In this document: piece after piece, positions 62,945-64,000 of the stretch
Layout: every line of letters starts with the position of its first letter
Position numbering within the stretch: the first letter of the stretch is position 1
NCBI RefSeq assembly: GCF_009914755.1
Contig: NC_060948.1
Reading direction: 5' to 3' (one strand)
DNA: 64,000 nt
Origin: the human T2T-CHM13v2.0 reference genome, Homo sapiens
The notes under the pieces: generated by a model
What the model saw: only the letters and a program-made list of their open reading frames with translations
Databases searched by the model: none
Told to the model about the DNA's origin: nothing
Made by a program: the position numbers and the translations under genes

Positions 62945-64000
62945 TACATTATGTATATAATAATATACAGTATCATATATATAATATATATAACCTATGT
63001 ATAATATTGTTTTACATGCTGCATCTTATGTTATGTATATTGTATAAAATATAATAATTGATAATATATAAGTTTTATATTTATACAATATGACATATAG
63101 TATATATTATAATTTATGACATATATAATATATGTTATATATCATATATAGAATATATTATACGGTTAATATACGTATTAAATATAAATTATACATTATA
63201 TATATTATATATAATATATCTGTTATATATAATACCCATTATGCATAATATATATATTATGTCTATGTTATATATAGTATAAAACAACATATAATAATAT
63301 ATAATTGTATATATAAAATGAGACATATAATATATATTATATTTTATGACATATGTAATATATATTATATATTATATATAATACGTTGTATGTATAATAC
63401 CTATAATAAATATATATTATATGACTATGTTATTAATTACATGTCACATGTGTTATATATTATATATTTTACATAGAATATACCGGTTACATACAATATA
63501 TACTATGTTACCTATAATGTATAATTTATTACATGTAAAACAAAGAATGCAGTATATTATGTATAATTTATAATATACAATATGTGGAATGTGATATATA
63601 TAACATATAATATATGATATATGATATACAGTATATGATATGTACCATACAATATACGATACCTAATATATATGGTATACAATATATATTTTATGATATG
63701 TATTCTATATGTTTTATATTCTGTTATATATAACTATTTGAAATTATATATAACTGTATAATATTTTATGTAAATATGTAATATAATATATATAACTATA
63801 TAATATATTATATATAACTATATATTATGTTATATATACTTTTATAACATAATTTACATAAAATATCATAATATAATATATATTATATTATTTCATATTA
63901 CATAATATATATTACATATCACCAAATATAAGTAACATACATAATATTATAATATAGATTATATTATGTTATATTAAATATCATATATATCATGTATCAT
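62945..64000. repeat. AT-rich tract of DYZ2, truncated by the window end
   Basis: Most similar to the tract starting at 58106 (lag 4839). Confidence 0.9.

Overview
The whole window is satellite DNA and matches human Y-chromosome long-arm heterochromatin (Yq12). I found no credible gene, RNA gene or CRISPR array, and no novel gene system. Bases 1-51647 are a DYZ1 (HSat3) array of degenerate (GGAAT)n: 14 complete ~3.55-kb tandem units (3529-3564 bp) plus a truncated 15th. Bases 51648-64000 are a DYZ2 (HSat1B) array of 2420-bp units, each with an extremely AT-rich tract, a diverged minus-strand Alu and an HSATI-type segment. All listed ORFs are repeat artefacts. The points of interest are structural and regulatory: 2-3 perfect heat-shock elements per DYZ1 unit, one of them subtype-specific; recurrent 15-bp indels; a recent 7087-bp two-unit tandem duplication; mosaic units; a DYZ1/DYZ2 junction with 3-bp microhomology followed by a DYZ2 unit missing 768 bp; and an Alu whose diagnostic bases look more AluSc than AluY, with an internal duplication and a possible target-site-duplication remnant. 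All comparisons were made by eye, and family names are from recall rather than database searches.
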